A stretch of DNA of 64,000 bases from Azolla caroliniana. Its lineage: Eukaryota; Plantae; Polypodiophyta. Under the pieces are notes generated by a model that was given only the letters and a program-made list of their open reading frames with translations, did not search any database and had not been told where the DNA came from. Each line of letters opens with the position of its first letter. Within the stretch, counting starts at the first letter, position 1. The position numbers and the translations under genes were made by a program. The stretch is taken from NCBI GenBank assembly GCA_043228905.1, contig JBHGNT010000013.1, positions 4,464,001-4,528,000 of the forward strand, in the 5' to 3' direction. Of this stretch, positions 24,149-35,389 are shown piece by piece.

Positions 24149-25024
24149 TGTCGTGGTGTGGCGTGTGCACTGTGAGCAAAAGCAAGGTTCCACACACATG
24201 TCATGAAATAATACATAGGCTAATAATAATAATAATAAGTAACTTGTAGTAGCTTATTGGTTAAGGTGTATAAGTATATGTAGAGAGGTGTAGAGCTCAA
24301 GTTTCCCTTTCTACAAATGATTTTGCTTCCCTTCCATTTTTGTGATAAAGAAAGAAAGAAAGAAAAGCATGTAATGTTAAAATAAGCTCCTCTTTCCTCT
24401 ATAAGAGAGGAGCCATATGGCTTATTTGAGGGTCACCCATTTTGGCTTAGGGGTGTACCACTAGGGTTTCATCTTCTTCTCCTCTTCTTCTAGGGTTAGG
24501 GTTTTGTAGCCTCCCTTTTTCTTTCATCTTTTCCTTCTAGGGTTAGGTTTTGAGAGCTTCTTCTTTCTCCTCAACATACTAGAGGACTTAGGTTTTTAGG
24601 GTCTATGAGTTTAGATTCTATTCTACTTCTTATTGAAGAGATTTAGGGCTTGGATTCCTTCCACAATGGCTTCTTCGGCATCTCGGTGGTAGTCAACTCG
24701 GTGGCCGGTGGCATAAGGGAGGTTGTAGTGGCACGAGAACTACTCCGAATCGAGGCAACATAGCTGTCGGAAGTAGTCGAGCTCGGAGCCCACTAGACTC
24801 TCCTTCACCGGTTTATTTTAGCCCCTTTTGTTTATTTATAACCAATTATTGTAATAACCACCGAAATTGTGGTGTCAAGCCTAACAATTGTAAAAAAATA
24901 AAAACAAAACCCCTAATTTATAACAAAACTTATGTTTCATATTTCCCCATGTCTTTGTCTTAATCTCCCGCTTCCTCTCTACTTTTGTCTCCCCGGTCCA
25001 AGGCCCCGGCGGTTCCGTTCAACA
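24149..25024 (+). mobile_element. Solo LTR 1 (876 bp) in Gypsy B RNase H
   Basis: TGTCGTG..TTCAACA; 4-bp TSD ACGC; removal restores the R-Y-A-I reading frame. Confidence 0.85.
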
Positions 25025-25595
25025 ACGCCATCGGGTTCGGAGCCTAGGTCTTAAGTGAGCAACAACGAGGATATGCCCAAGTAAAACGTGAGCTTTGGGG
25101 TATTGTGCCTGTAGTGAAGGCTGATAAAGATTACCTAATCGGGTCAGAGGTGGTGATACAAATGGATTGCCTTCCAATCCTAGGCATGGTTTCGGGATGT
25201 GCAACACATGGCTTAGCTATGCTAAGATGGATTGCTTACATCAAATCAATGAACCGGGAGATTTATCACATTTCAGGGAAGAACAATGCCATGGCAGATA
25301 CGCTATCGAGGGCAAGATTCGAAGGCGAAAGCGAAATGGTGTCTGAAGATGAGGATGTCACTCTTGACTTCTTGAAGATGGCCCAAGCGTTTATAGATGA
25401 TCTTGATGTGCAAGTACTCCACGCCTTCAACAAAAGTGAATACAAAGGGGAGTGACTACACATTGGCAAGTTCTTAAGCTCAATGATGGTGGATAGTTCA
25501 TGGTCGAAGGAGGAAGCACAGAGAGTCTGAAAGAAAGCGTACAAGTACTTCCTACGAGGGGGATTCTTGTGGAGGCACCCGAAGAGAAGGATAGG

Positions 25596-26066
25596 TGTTG
25601 TCCGCTGGAATAGTAACCGACGGACAGGAGCGCAGAAATATAATATAGTAATATTGTAACGCATGTTTACTGTTCACGCGGGAAGCGTGAACGGCTAAAA
25701 AGACCCTGTGTATATAAAGGGAAAAAATCCTCTAATAGAGGTAGCGTGTAATTTTGAATGTAAAAGGCGTATCTTAATAAAGTTCTATCTTCTCTGATCC
25801 CTGTGCGTATTTGTGGTTAATCTACTGTGTGTTTGTGATTCTTGGTGGCGTAGCGCAGTCATAAGACCATAGGCGTGAGTAACAGTGTGGTTGCTAGTCC
25901 ACTGTCTAAGGAGTTCGGTTGTAGCCCTCTCCCTTATACGCTACTAGGATACGGGAGGTATCCCACTAAGTATTACGCTACGATGATACCATTCGTTGCA
26001 ACACAGTCACTTTGAGGACTTGGTCGAAGGTCTGACTGTAGAATGTGTTCCTAATCGGTAACAACA
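25596..26066 (+). mobile_element. Probable solo LTR 2 (~470 bp) in Gypsy B pol
   Basis: TGTTGT..ACAACA termini, TATATAAA and AATAAA inside, interrupts pol; no clean TSD. Confidence 0.65.
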
Positions 26067-26238
26067 CGGACGCCACAATGAGTGGTCATAAATGAAGAGG
26101 ACCAGACAACATTGGTGTATGAGTTCCACGAGAGTCCCTGGGCGGGCCATAGAGGAACATGGGCAACATTCGAGAAGTTAAAGGAGAAGTATTGGTGCCG
26201 AGGAATGTACAAGGATATCATCCATTTTGTGGGGACGT

Positions 26239-27553
26239 TGTCGTGTGAATCTTCACACACTATGTAAAAAAATAATGAAATAATTATTATAGATTAGATT
26301 AGTAGCTTACTATAGAAAGATGGATATACTCAAGAGCTTCAAAATGTATTTTACTATATACAAAATGGAGAAATACATATCAAGTTATGAGAAAATGAAG
26401 TTTGATTAGATAGAGAAATTAGAACTATCCCACATAGATAGGAAAGTTAAGGCCCTGGCTATATAAACACCTTGAGCTCCCTCATTTTTCATTTGTGCTA
26501 AGAGCACTTTGGCCACTTTGTCTTGATGGATGATGGTGGCCAAATTCCTTAAAACCGGAAACCGGCCGGTAAGCAAAATCGGAACCGGAATCGGCAAGCA
26601 AACCGGAACCGGAACCGGCAAGCAAACTGGAACCGGTCGGCAAGCAAAACTGGAACCGGAACCGGAAAGCAAACCGGAACCGGCCGACAAGCAAAACCGG
26701 AAACCGCCCGGCAAGCAAAACTAGAACCGGAATCGGCAAGCAAACTGGAACCGGCCGGCAAGCAAAACCGGAACCGAAACCGGCAAGCAAACCGGAACCG
26801 GAATCGGCAAGCAAACCGGAACCGGTCGGCAAGCAAAATCGGAACCGGAACCGACCGGCAAGCAAAATGGAATCGGCTACCGGACGATGTTGGACGCGGA
26901 CGGATGAAAGATTGGATCATGCAACAAACTAAAGTAAAGTGAAGAGAACTAAAGTAAAGGCCATGTGGACGCAAGCAACTAAAGAAGGGAGTGCATGGAA
27001 AAAGTAAAGGTCATGTGGACAGTCACATGCAACCAAAAGAAAAAGCTAGGCAACTAAAAGTAGAGGCCATGCAACAAAAAGTGAAAAAGTTATGATCAAG
27101 GGAGAACTCCATTTTTATTCCATTTTTTTTTCTACATGAGGACTCTCCATATTATCTTAATTTTTCTTGTCCTTCTCAACTCTCTTATCTTAGGGAAGCC
27201 ATAACTCTCATAAACCCAAAAAAATTCCCTACGGAAGCCATAACACTCAAAAACCCTAATCTTCCCTACGGAAGCCATAATACTCATATAACCTAATCCT
27301 AATCTTCCCTACGGAAGCCATATCTCTCAAAACCCCTAATTTTTCTTTTCTATTAATCTTAGTAAACCTAAAACTTCTAAATCCCAATCTTGGGACATAT
27401 TGTAATTTCTTTTTCCTTTGTTAATGAAAATTATTAAATTTCTTCTTTTTGTTAATTGTTAAAAATATAAACGTACACATGTGATTATCCTCTGGTCGGA
27501 GGCCCCGGGGTCTTGCCTCAAAGTTCACGTATCCTCGTCGTATTTTCGCGACA
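26239..27553 (+). mobile_element. Solo LTR 3 (1315 bp) in the Gypsy B integrase zinc finger
   Basis: TGTCGTG..CGCGACA; 4-bp TSD ACGT; removal restores G-T-C-E-R-C. Confidence 0.88.
26550..26880. repeat. Minisatellite of GGCAAGCAAA(A)CCGGAACC-type units within solo LTR 3
   Basis: About 12 variable-length units built from CAAGCAAA and ACCGGA. Confidence 0.92.
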
Positions 27554-27770
27554 ACGTGTGAAAGATGCCAAATACACTCAAACATAGACCATAGGGATGA
27601 GTTGCACCTGACCTACCCACTCACCATACACTTCAAATGGATGGTGGATTTGGTTTCAATGCCAATGGGAGTGGGCCAAATGAAATATTTGGTTCTAGCA
27701 AGAGAAGACCTAACAAACCAAGTAGAAGGGCGAGCGTTAGCAAACAAAACGACGGCGGGGGTGTGTAAAT

Positions 27771-28712
27771 TTCCTTTTTTCCTATAAAAGGAGGTCGAGG
27801 GGGGTTCATTTGGAGGACGGTTTGGGAGGAGGAGACTATTGCCATTTCTCCTTTGGAGCTCTTCATCTTCTTCTTCACCATTTCTCGTCATCTCATACCC
27901 CTTCATCCCCTCATCACCATGTGCTCGTCCTCTTCGTGTTGGCACTCGAAGTGCTTGTTTACGGTGCTCGTGAGCTCGAGCTTTGCTGGTTTGACGTTGC
28001 TTCGCTTCCATTTGTCATTAAGAGCCCTTGTGCTCGCCGTTCGGGTGGTCGTGGTTCGTAGGGATCGGCATTTTTGTGGTGCTCTTGTGTTCATCTTCGT
28101 CGTGTTCGTGCTCCATGTTCGGATTTTCTTTTGTCTCTAAGGGCATTTAGTATTTATGTTTTGTTGAGCTTGTCGTTAACTAGAAGTTGCCACATTGTAA
28201 TCAAACCCTATTTTATAAAGGGCCCTCTTGCGTTGGAATGGAACACATATTTATTTCTTTAGCCAATATCATTCGTGTTTTTTCTTTCTTTCTTTCTTTG
28301 TTCTTGTCCCCTTGTACGTCCGTCCATCTTGTGATGAGGGAGCGTTTCGGGCATGCCCATGCACATCTCCTCCTCATAAAACCGTACGAGCATTTGTGCG
28401 TGTGTTTGTGTCTTCCTTGTACGTTCAGCCGTCTTGTGATGAGGGAGCATTTTGGGCGTGCCCATGCACCTCTTGTCCTCAAAAAGGCGTACGAGAATTT
28501 GTGTGTGTGCTTGTTTCTTCCTTGTACGTTCAGTCGTCTTGTGACGAGGGAGCGTTTCAAGCATGCCCATGCACCTCTCGTCCTCATAAAGGCGTACGAG
28601 CATTTTGTGTGTGTGTTTGTGTCTTCCTTGTACGTTCGGCCGTCTTGTGATGAGGGAGCATTTCGGGTGTGCCCATGCACCTCTCCTCCTCATAAAGGTG
28701 TACGAGCATTTT
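27771..28712 (+). repeat. Doubly truncated 3' LTR of Gypsy B with ~4 satellite units
   Basis: Collinear with ~18175-19110. Confidence 0.88.
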
Positions 28713-29757
28713 GTGCATCCAGTTTTGGAAGCCATATCTCGTCTGACTGCGCCTGCCGACCCAGTGAGATATGTTTTGTCGTATCCGGTTCGTGCAGAAC
28801 CGGTGCCACCAGTTCTTGTCATATAGAGACAGTTTTCGACGTTCTGCCCTCTACCGCCAAGCGGGGAATCAGGCTCCTTTCCAGATCTGGGCCCGATCCG
28901 TCCCCTTGCTACTCCTTGTCGTGCCTTCTGCCAACGTTCGAGGGTTTCAACGAGTTCCTCCACCGCGTCTTCCTCGGCGGTTTCGTGATTGATTCGTTGG
29001 GCCAAAGTGTCCATCTCCCTATCATGCCGGCTCAGTTTGATCTTGATGGGCTTGGCTAGTTTTTCCACCAAGTTTTCTACCGGCACAACTTTCTCCACCG
29101 GCTCTTTCTGGCCTGACTGCTCCGTTTCCTGTTGAGACGAGCCACCTTCTGTCCAACCGGGGGTGTGCTTGGCGAGGAGCTGCTACCGTTTCGTCGTTTT
29201 ATTCGGCGTTGTTTTTGTCGATCGGCCTCGTTTCCTTGCTTGAATGGCTAGTGGCAGTGATACCAATAGGAATAGCCATTGTGCCACTGCAGTCGAGGCC
29301 TTCTTCCCATCCTCAATCAAGTGAATGGTAGCCCGCAAGGAATCTGTCACTATAACCAGCCAGTCGACCTTCAGGCCTTCATACGTCGCAATGATAAAAC
29401 TGACTTTGTTTTTAGGCATAGTTGGTGGGCGATGATGCACAAATCCGTATTCGATTAACACCCATGCCACCTCCCAAAATAGAGGGCCATCGTTGCCTTG
29501 TGTGCGGTATGCTTTGCTAGCTATGGAGTACTCACTAAAGTACTCTATCAGTGTCTCAATGGAGGGGTTCTCGATGGAGCAGAGGTCTCCTTCCGGTAGG
29601 CCGGTAAGGGCCTGCACCATGGCTTATGTGATCTCCTCGAGGTCAATCTGTAATGCGACCTTCTCGGTTCTTCATGCGATGGTGCCTCTGCTATACGGAG
29701 GAATCCCTCCAATTCGTATCTGCTGAGCCAATCTTTCGCCATATCGGATAGAGCCAT
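28713..29757 (-). pseudogene. N-terminal part of the Gypsy C 3' extra (env-position) ORF
   Basis: MALSDMAKDWLSRYELEGFL.. and MVQALTGLPEG..KVDWLVIV..RKRGR peptides downstream of integrase on the same strand; frameshifted. Confidence 0.65.
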
Positions 29758-29974
29758 TGGTCTCGTGTCTTCTTCTTCGCTTACGTTGCTCTGATAGAGT
29801 TCCTTTCTGCTGGTGCACGTTTGTGCTCTTTTGAAAACCTGTAAACACCTCTACTCATTGAATATCCTATTTTCTAGAAATAACAATGCCTTTGTTAACC
29901 GGATGTTTTGTGCCCCCATTCTGTCCAGCCACCTTATCTTGATTCCCGCGCATCCACGTCGTGTACCATAATAG

Positions 29975-30247
29975 TGACAGGAACTACATGCTCCCGATGA
30001 ACGATGCTCGGCCACAACCGAGCTTAGAATCATACACAGAAAACAGGAAATGATAGCACGACACAATGGAGAGAAGAGTACACAAGATGTTTACGTGGAA
30101 AACCCAAACACGGGAAAAACCACGGCAGTCCACTAACTGCTAACTATCACTATGTAACAATATACAATAGATGAACACAGAGGCAAGGACCTCTTGTTCA
30201 CTGTCTTCGCCATAGGCGGCGGTTACAACAGAGATACGAACTCTTCG

Positions 30248-30278
<31 letters not shown>

Positions 30279-30610
30279 GTACACAGTTGCGCGCTCTAAT
30301 CTTGCGCCAACAAGAATGACAATAACTATATTCTTCTCTGTTTGCCCTAAGTCATATTTATACTAATATGACTTTTTAGCTATTTACAAATATAGCCCCG
30401 ATGAACTCTCAGAAACATATTTACAAATATGTCCCTTCATCTGGTGAGCACTTCTCACCGGGCCTTCACCATCCGGGTCTTGCCGGGTACTCCTCATCCG
30501 GTGCTTGCCGGGTACACCACATCCGGTTCACACCGGGTCTTCCGTAACCGGGTACTCCTCATCCGGCACTTGCAGAGTACACCACATTTGGAGGGACCTG
30601 TTTCCCAACA
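29975..30610 (-). repeat. 3' LTR of Copia C
   Basis: Direct repeat of 34674-35274 with one extra ~24-bp CATCCGG unit and a longer CT tract. Confidence 0.95.
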
Positions 30611-30773
30611 AACTCCCCCTTCACTCCGGCATGGGGTGTCTTAACTGTCTGATCCGCTTCCGGCATGCATCCAGCTTGTGAGGTATCAATACTTTGGTCA
30701 GCATATCTAACCCGTTCTCGGCCGTGTGGATCTTCGTCAGCGCGAACTCTCGATCTTCTACTCGCTCCCGGAT

Positions 30774-33062
30774 CTAGTGATACCTTCGCTGGATATGCTT
30801 CGTCCAGGAATGGTAGGTCGCATTCTTAGCAAGGTGGATGGCACTTTGACTGTCACAATAGATACGGTATTCATCTTGCCGGATACCGAGCTCTCCGATG
30901 AAGTCCTTCATCCATAATATTTCCTTGCCGGCTTCCACAGCCGCCATGTACTCCGCCTTCGTGGTTGACAATGCAACCGTCTTCTGCAGCCTCGACTGCC
31001 ACAAAACAGTTCCCCCTGCATATGTCATTACATACTCGGATGTAGACCGGCTGGTATCCACATCAGCCGACATGTCCGAATCGGTAAAATCGTCAAGTTG
31101 AGGTTTTCCGGAGCCGAATCGTAGACACATATTCGAAGTGTCCTTCAAGTACCGGAGTATCCATTTGACTGCGTTCCAGTGCTCCTTGCCGGGATTGCTC
31201 ATGAACCGGTTCACCACTCCGACAGCGTATCCAATATCTGGTCGAGTACACACCATTGCGTACATTAAGCTCCCGACAGCAGAGGCATATGGAAACTTCA
31301 TCATATCCGCCTTCTCTGCTTTCGTCTTCGGGCTTTCCTTACTAGATAATCCGCAGTTTGTCGGCAGTGTCGATCCGACCGGTTTCGCATCTGACATGTT
31401 GAACCGCTGAACCACCTTTGTCACGTATTTCTCCTGTGACAGCCACAATTGCTTCGTTTGCCGGTTTCGGATGATATGCATCCCCAGCATTTGTCCTGCC
31501 GGACCCAAGTCTTTCATTGAGAAGGTCCGGTTGAGAGCCTTTTTCAACATCTGTATTTTGGCTTGGTCCTGCCCGACGATCAACATGTCGTCCACGTACA
31601 AAAGGAGTATCAGGAAGTCGTCTCCTTCGAACTTCTTCACAAACACGTAGTGATCGGCTTGCGTCTTGTGGTACCCTTGATCGGTCATGAAGGAGTCAAA
31701 CTTCCGGTACCATTGCCGGGGGGCCTGCTTCAACCCGTAGAGGCTCTTCTTCGACCGGAAAACCAAGTGTTCCTTCCCTTTCTCCACGAATCCTTCCGGT
31801 TGCTGCATGTAGATCTCCTCTTCGAGGTCACCGTGAAGGAATGCCATCTTCACGTCTAGCTGCTCTACCTCGAGGTCCATGCTTGCCGCTATACTTAGCA
31901 CCGTCCGGATGGAGGTCATCTTTACTACTGGGGCAAATATCTCGTCGAAGTCCATGCCCTTCTTCTGTTGGAACCCCTTCACCATGATCCTGGCTTTGTA
32001 TCTCGGGGGGTTGCCGGCATCTCCCGGTTTCAACTTGTACACCCACTTGTTTCGGAGTGCCCGCTTTCCTTTCGGCAACTCCACCAGTTCGTACATATGG
32101 TTCTCATGCAGGGAATCCATCTCATCCTGCATGGCACTTAACCATTTTCGGCTGTGGGTGTCATCCTTCGTTTCTTTGAAGCTTTCTGGCTCCCCCTCAT
32201 CGGTTAGCAGTACATGCTTTGCATCCGGAAATCTCCGGGGGGACCTCTCTCTAAGAGGATATCTCCGTCTCTGGGCTTCGGTAACCAGCTCCTCCATTTT
32301 CTCTTCATCTGAATCCGATTCGGGGTCTTGGTCGGTTCGGGTTCCAGCTTCCTCTACTTCTTCTTCTGCCGGTTCGGTATCCTCACCGTAACCGGCTGGT
32401 TCCTCGAGTGTTAACCGGTCTCTTGCCAATTGGGTCTGCTCATCGTAGAATCGATCCTTACCGGTCGACTCGGAGTTCATTATCTTCTTCTCCGACTCCC
32501 AGTCAGCGACCGTCTTGTCCTCCATGAAGATAATATCTCGACTCCGGAATACCTTTTTGTCGACCGGGTCCCACACTCGGTAGCCGAACTCATCGTCGCC
32601 GTAACCGAGGAATATGCATGGCCGGGTCTTTGGATCTAACTTTCCTCTCCGGTCCTTAGTTACATGCACGTACGCGAGACACCCGAATACCTTCAGATGC
32701 TGGTAGGACACTTCCTTACCGGTCCAGACTCTCTGTGGCGTGTCTCCGTCCAAGGGTATTGAGGGTGATCTGTTTATCACATATGTTGCCGTCGACAGTG
32801 CCTCAGTCCAAAACTTCTTGGGTAGTTTTGCATGCGCAAGCATACTCCAGACCCTCTCCATTATGGTCCGGTTCATCCTCTCGGCCAACCCGTTTAGTTC
32901 CGACGTCTTCGGCACGGTAAATTCCAGTCGGATTCCCTTCGAGTGACAGTACTCCTCGAACTGCCCCCGGTATTCACCTCCGTTATCTGCTCGAACCACC
33001 TTCAGCTTCCAGCCGGTTTCTCTTTCCAGTCTAGCGTGGAGCTCTTCGAAGACGGATAGCAC
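30774..33062 (-). CDS. Copia C integrase-RT-RNase H open segment (762 aa)
   Basis: RADNGGEY, LLYVDDML, FTDSDMSAD; bounded by premature stops. Confidence 0.88.
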   Translation of the reverse strand: MLSVFEELHARLERETGWKLKVVRADNGGEYRGQFEEYCHSKGIRLEFTVPKTSELNGLAERMNRTIMERVWSMLAHAKLPKKFWTEALSTATYVINRSPSIPLDGDTPQRVWTGKEVSYQHLKVFGCLAYVHVTKDRRGKLDPKTRPCIFLGYGDDEFGYRVWDPVDKKVFRSRDIIFMEDKTVADWESEKKIMNSESTGKDRFYDEQTQLARDRLTLEEPAGYGEDTEPAEEEVEEAGTRTDQDPESDSDEEKMEELVTEAQRRRYPLRERSPRRFPDAKHVLLTDEGEPESFKETKDDTHSRKWLSAMQDEMDSLHENHMYELVELPKGKRALRNKWVYKLKPGDAGNPPRYKARIMVKGFQQKKGMDFDEIFAPVVKMTSIRTVLSIAASMDLEVEQLDVKMAFLHGDLEEEIYMQQPEGFVEKGKEHLVFRSKKSLYGLKQAPRQWYRKFDSFMTDQGYHKTQADHYVFVKKFEGDDFLILLLYVDDMLIVGQDQAKIQMLKKALNRTFSMKDLGPAGQMLGMHIIRNRQTKQLWLSQEKYVTKVVQRFNMSDAKPVGSTLPTNCGLSSKESPKTKAEKADMMKFPYASAVGSLMYAMVCTRPDIGYAVGVVNRFMSNPGKEHWNAVKWILRYLKDTSNMCLRFGSGKPQLDDFTDSDMSADVDTSRSTSEYVMTYAGGTVLWQSRLQKTVALSTTKAEYMAAVEAGKEILWMKDFIGELGIRQDEYRIYCDSQSAIHLAKNATYHSWTKHIQRRYH

Positions 33063-34643
33063 CTAATCCTTCGTCTTCAATGGTGTGGCCCACAACTTCC
33101 GGCTGTGGTCATTTATGAACGTCACAAAGTACTGCGATCCTACATGTGACTTCGTGTCCAATTGACACACATCAGTATGCACCAACTCCAGTGGTGCATT
33201 ACGTCTCATCGGTGGCCTTGGTCGGAAGGAGGTCCGGTTTTGCTTACCGGCCAGACAATCAGTGCACTTCTCCAAGTGCACGTTCTTCACGGGAATGAGG
33301 TTGTCGTCTGCAAGCCTCTTCATCCCCTTCTCGCTCATGTGACATAGCCTTTTGTGCCACAGCTCACCGGTAGTGTCGGATGCCACGTTCACTTCCTCCG
33401 GACATAACCGGGCATTCATCAGGTACAACGTGTTTACCTTCCGGGCCCAAGCCACAATCAGGCTCCCTTTGCTGAACTTCATAACACCGTTCTGGATGCT
33501 ACCCGTGTAGCCTTCATCATCTAGCCGACCGGCTGATATCAGGTTTAGATGAACCTCCGGAACGTGTCAGACATCCTTCAGCAGCATCTTGCATCTGGTT
33601 GGTGTTGACAACCACACGTCTCCTATGCCGACAATTCGGCATGTACCTTCATTCCCCATCCGGACACAGCCGTGATCAACGGCTGAGTAGGATGAGAAGC
33701 ATTTCTAGTCCGGGGTAAGGTGGAACGACGCTCCGAAGTCGCTGCCAAGGTTTATCTCACTCTCCTCGGTGATGAGAATCAACTCTTCTTCACTTGCCGC
33801 GATTGCCGTCGTTCCCTTCCGGTCCGTTCCCCTCCGGTCTTTACCGTTCCGGTTCGGTGTCCGCTTCGAATCGGTACCATCGGTTTCCTTGTCTTTCCGG
33901 AAATGCCGACAGTTCTTCTGGAAGTGTCCCGGCTTGCCGCAATAGAAGCAAGTAGGCCTCCCCCTTGACTTTGACCGTGTCCCCGACTTTTCCCCGTTCT
34001 GGGGACTACGGTTCCCTTGTCTTCTGCGTTCCTATTCGGTAAGGAGCGCTTTGGAGTCGGAGCTCGTATCCTTATCTTTCCGACGTGCCTCCTCCTCTAG
34101 CAAGCTCGACTTCACTCTTGCTAGGGATAACCGTTTCCCTTCCGGCCCGGCGTTGCCCAAAGTGACAACCAACGTCTCCCAGCTATCCGGGAGGGAACCG
34201 AGCAGGAGTAGCGCTGGTACCTCATCGGCGAGAGGTACTTCCAATGATGTTGCCTGGTGGATCAGCCCCTGGAAGGCAATCATGTGCTCCGCCATGCTAG
34301 AGCCATCTCGGTACCGGAGTCTTACTAGCTTCCGGAATACCGAAACCTGATTAACAACATTTTTGTTTTGAAACATAATGCCGATCTTCTCCCAGAGCTC
34401 ATGAGCCTTGCTCTCTTCATTGAAGTTGTTGTATAGGCTCATGTCGATGAAGCACCGTATGTACGCCGTTGTCTTCATGTGCATCACCTCCCATATCGTG
34501 GCGTCGATTTTGTCCGGTCTCTTGTCCCCGAACTGAACCGGCAACCAAAGATCTTTAACCACGAGCATGTCCCTCATCTTCGACTTCCACACTGAATAGT
34601 TGGAGCCGGTGAGCTTGAACATGCCACCCAACGATTCGTCCAT
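33063..34643 (-). pseudogene. Copia C gag-protease-GAG-pre-integrase (disrupted)
   Basis: Gag ORF 34032-34643, CCHC ~33905-33950, small deletion through the protease WVVD motif, in-frame stops. Confidence 0.88.
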
Positions 34644-34673
34644 TGTCTGTGTCGCTTCTCTCTGATACCACTT

Positions 34674-35274
34674 TGACAGGAACTACACGCTCCCGATGAA
34701 CGATGCTCGGCCACAACCGAGCTTAGAATCATACACTGAAAACGGGAAATGATAGCAAGACACAATGGAGAGAAGAGTACACAGGATGTTTACGTGGAAA
34801 ACCCAAACACGGGAAAAACCACGGCAGTCCATTGACTGCTAACTATCACTATGTAACAATATACAACAGATGAACACAGAGGCAGCAACCTCTTGTTCAC
34901 TGTCTTCGCCACAGGCGGCGGTTACAACAGAGATACGAACTCTTCGTCTCTTTCTCTCTCTCTCTCTGTACACAGTTGCGCGCTCTAATCTTGCGCCAAC
35001 AAGAATGACAACAACTATATTCTTCTCTGTTTGCCCTAAGTCATATTTATACTAATATGACTTTTCAGCTATTTACAAATATAGCCCCGATGGACTCTCA
35101 GAAACATATTTACAAATATGTCCCTTCATCCGGTCAGCACTTCTCACCGAGTCTTCACCATCCGGCTCTTGCCGGGCACTCCTCATCCGGTTCACACCGG
35201 GTCTTCCGTAGTTGGGTACTCCTCATCCGGCGCTTGTCGGGTACACCACATCCGGAGGGACCTGTTTCCCAACA
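34674..35274 (-). repeat. 5' LTR of Copia C
   Basis: TG..CA ends, adjacent PBS. Confidence 0.95.
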
Positions 35275-35389
35275 AATAGTATGTGTACACCGCATGGTGC
35301 GCTGTAAATGGCTGTTGTCACATATTTTCATGGTGGCCGTTCATAATTCACGTCTTTTTTTCTTTGTTGTTTTTTTAAACTTTAACCAG

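Larger units (their letters stand above)
22423..27770 (+). pseudogene. Gypsy B pol (RT, RNase H, integrase N-terminus), interrupted by three solo LTRs
   Basis: LPQGGTNS..MSFLDDIP; VTVDTSPIGIG; N..ADTLSR; HESPWAGHRG..CERC; ends at NKTTAGVCK by a deletion into the 3' LTR. Confidence 0.87.
17867..28712 (+). mobile_element. Gypsy B: degenerate tRNA-Trp-primed Ty3/gypsy element with long satellite-containing LTRs
   Basis: 5' LTR, PBS, gag-pro, RT (FLDD), RNase H, partial integrase, truncated 3' LTR; flanked by GTGCA (17862-17866 / 28713-28717). Confidence 0.9.
29975..35274 (-). mobile_element. Copia C: full-length, mildly degenerate Ty1/copia element
   Basis: LTRs 29975-30610 and 34674-35274; TSD AATAG (29970-29974 / 35275-35279); PBS TGGTATCAGAG ending at 34670; PPT ~30611-30627. 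Confidence 0.97.

Noticed and set aside
24460-24700. TAGGGTT telomere-like motifs and ATGGCTTCTTCG matching the Gypsy A gag start
   Set aside because: Scattered telo-box-like words, not an array; the ATG closes after 8 codons and the 12-bp match may be chance.
25590-26075. TSD for solo LTR 2, or alternative GTCCG/CGGAC termini
   Set aside because: No boundary choice gave a convincing duplication; left unresolved.
26406-26974. RFRF/PVPV/GSG low-complexity ORFs
   Set aside because: Translations of the minisatellite in solo LTR 3.
28187-29098. 290-aa (+) and 279-aa (-) ORFs
   Set aside because: Chimeras reading across the LTR satellite / Gypsy C junction; only the minus-strand part right of 28713 is plausibly coding.
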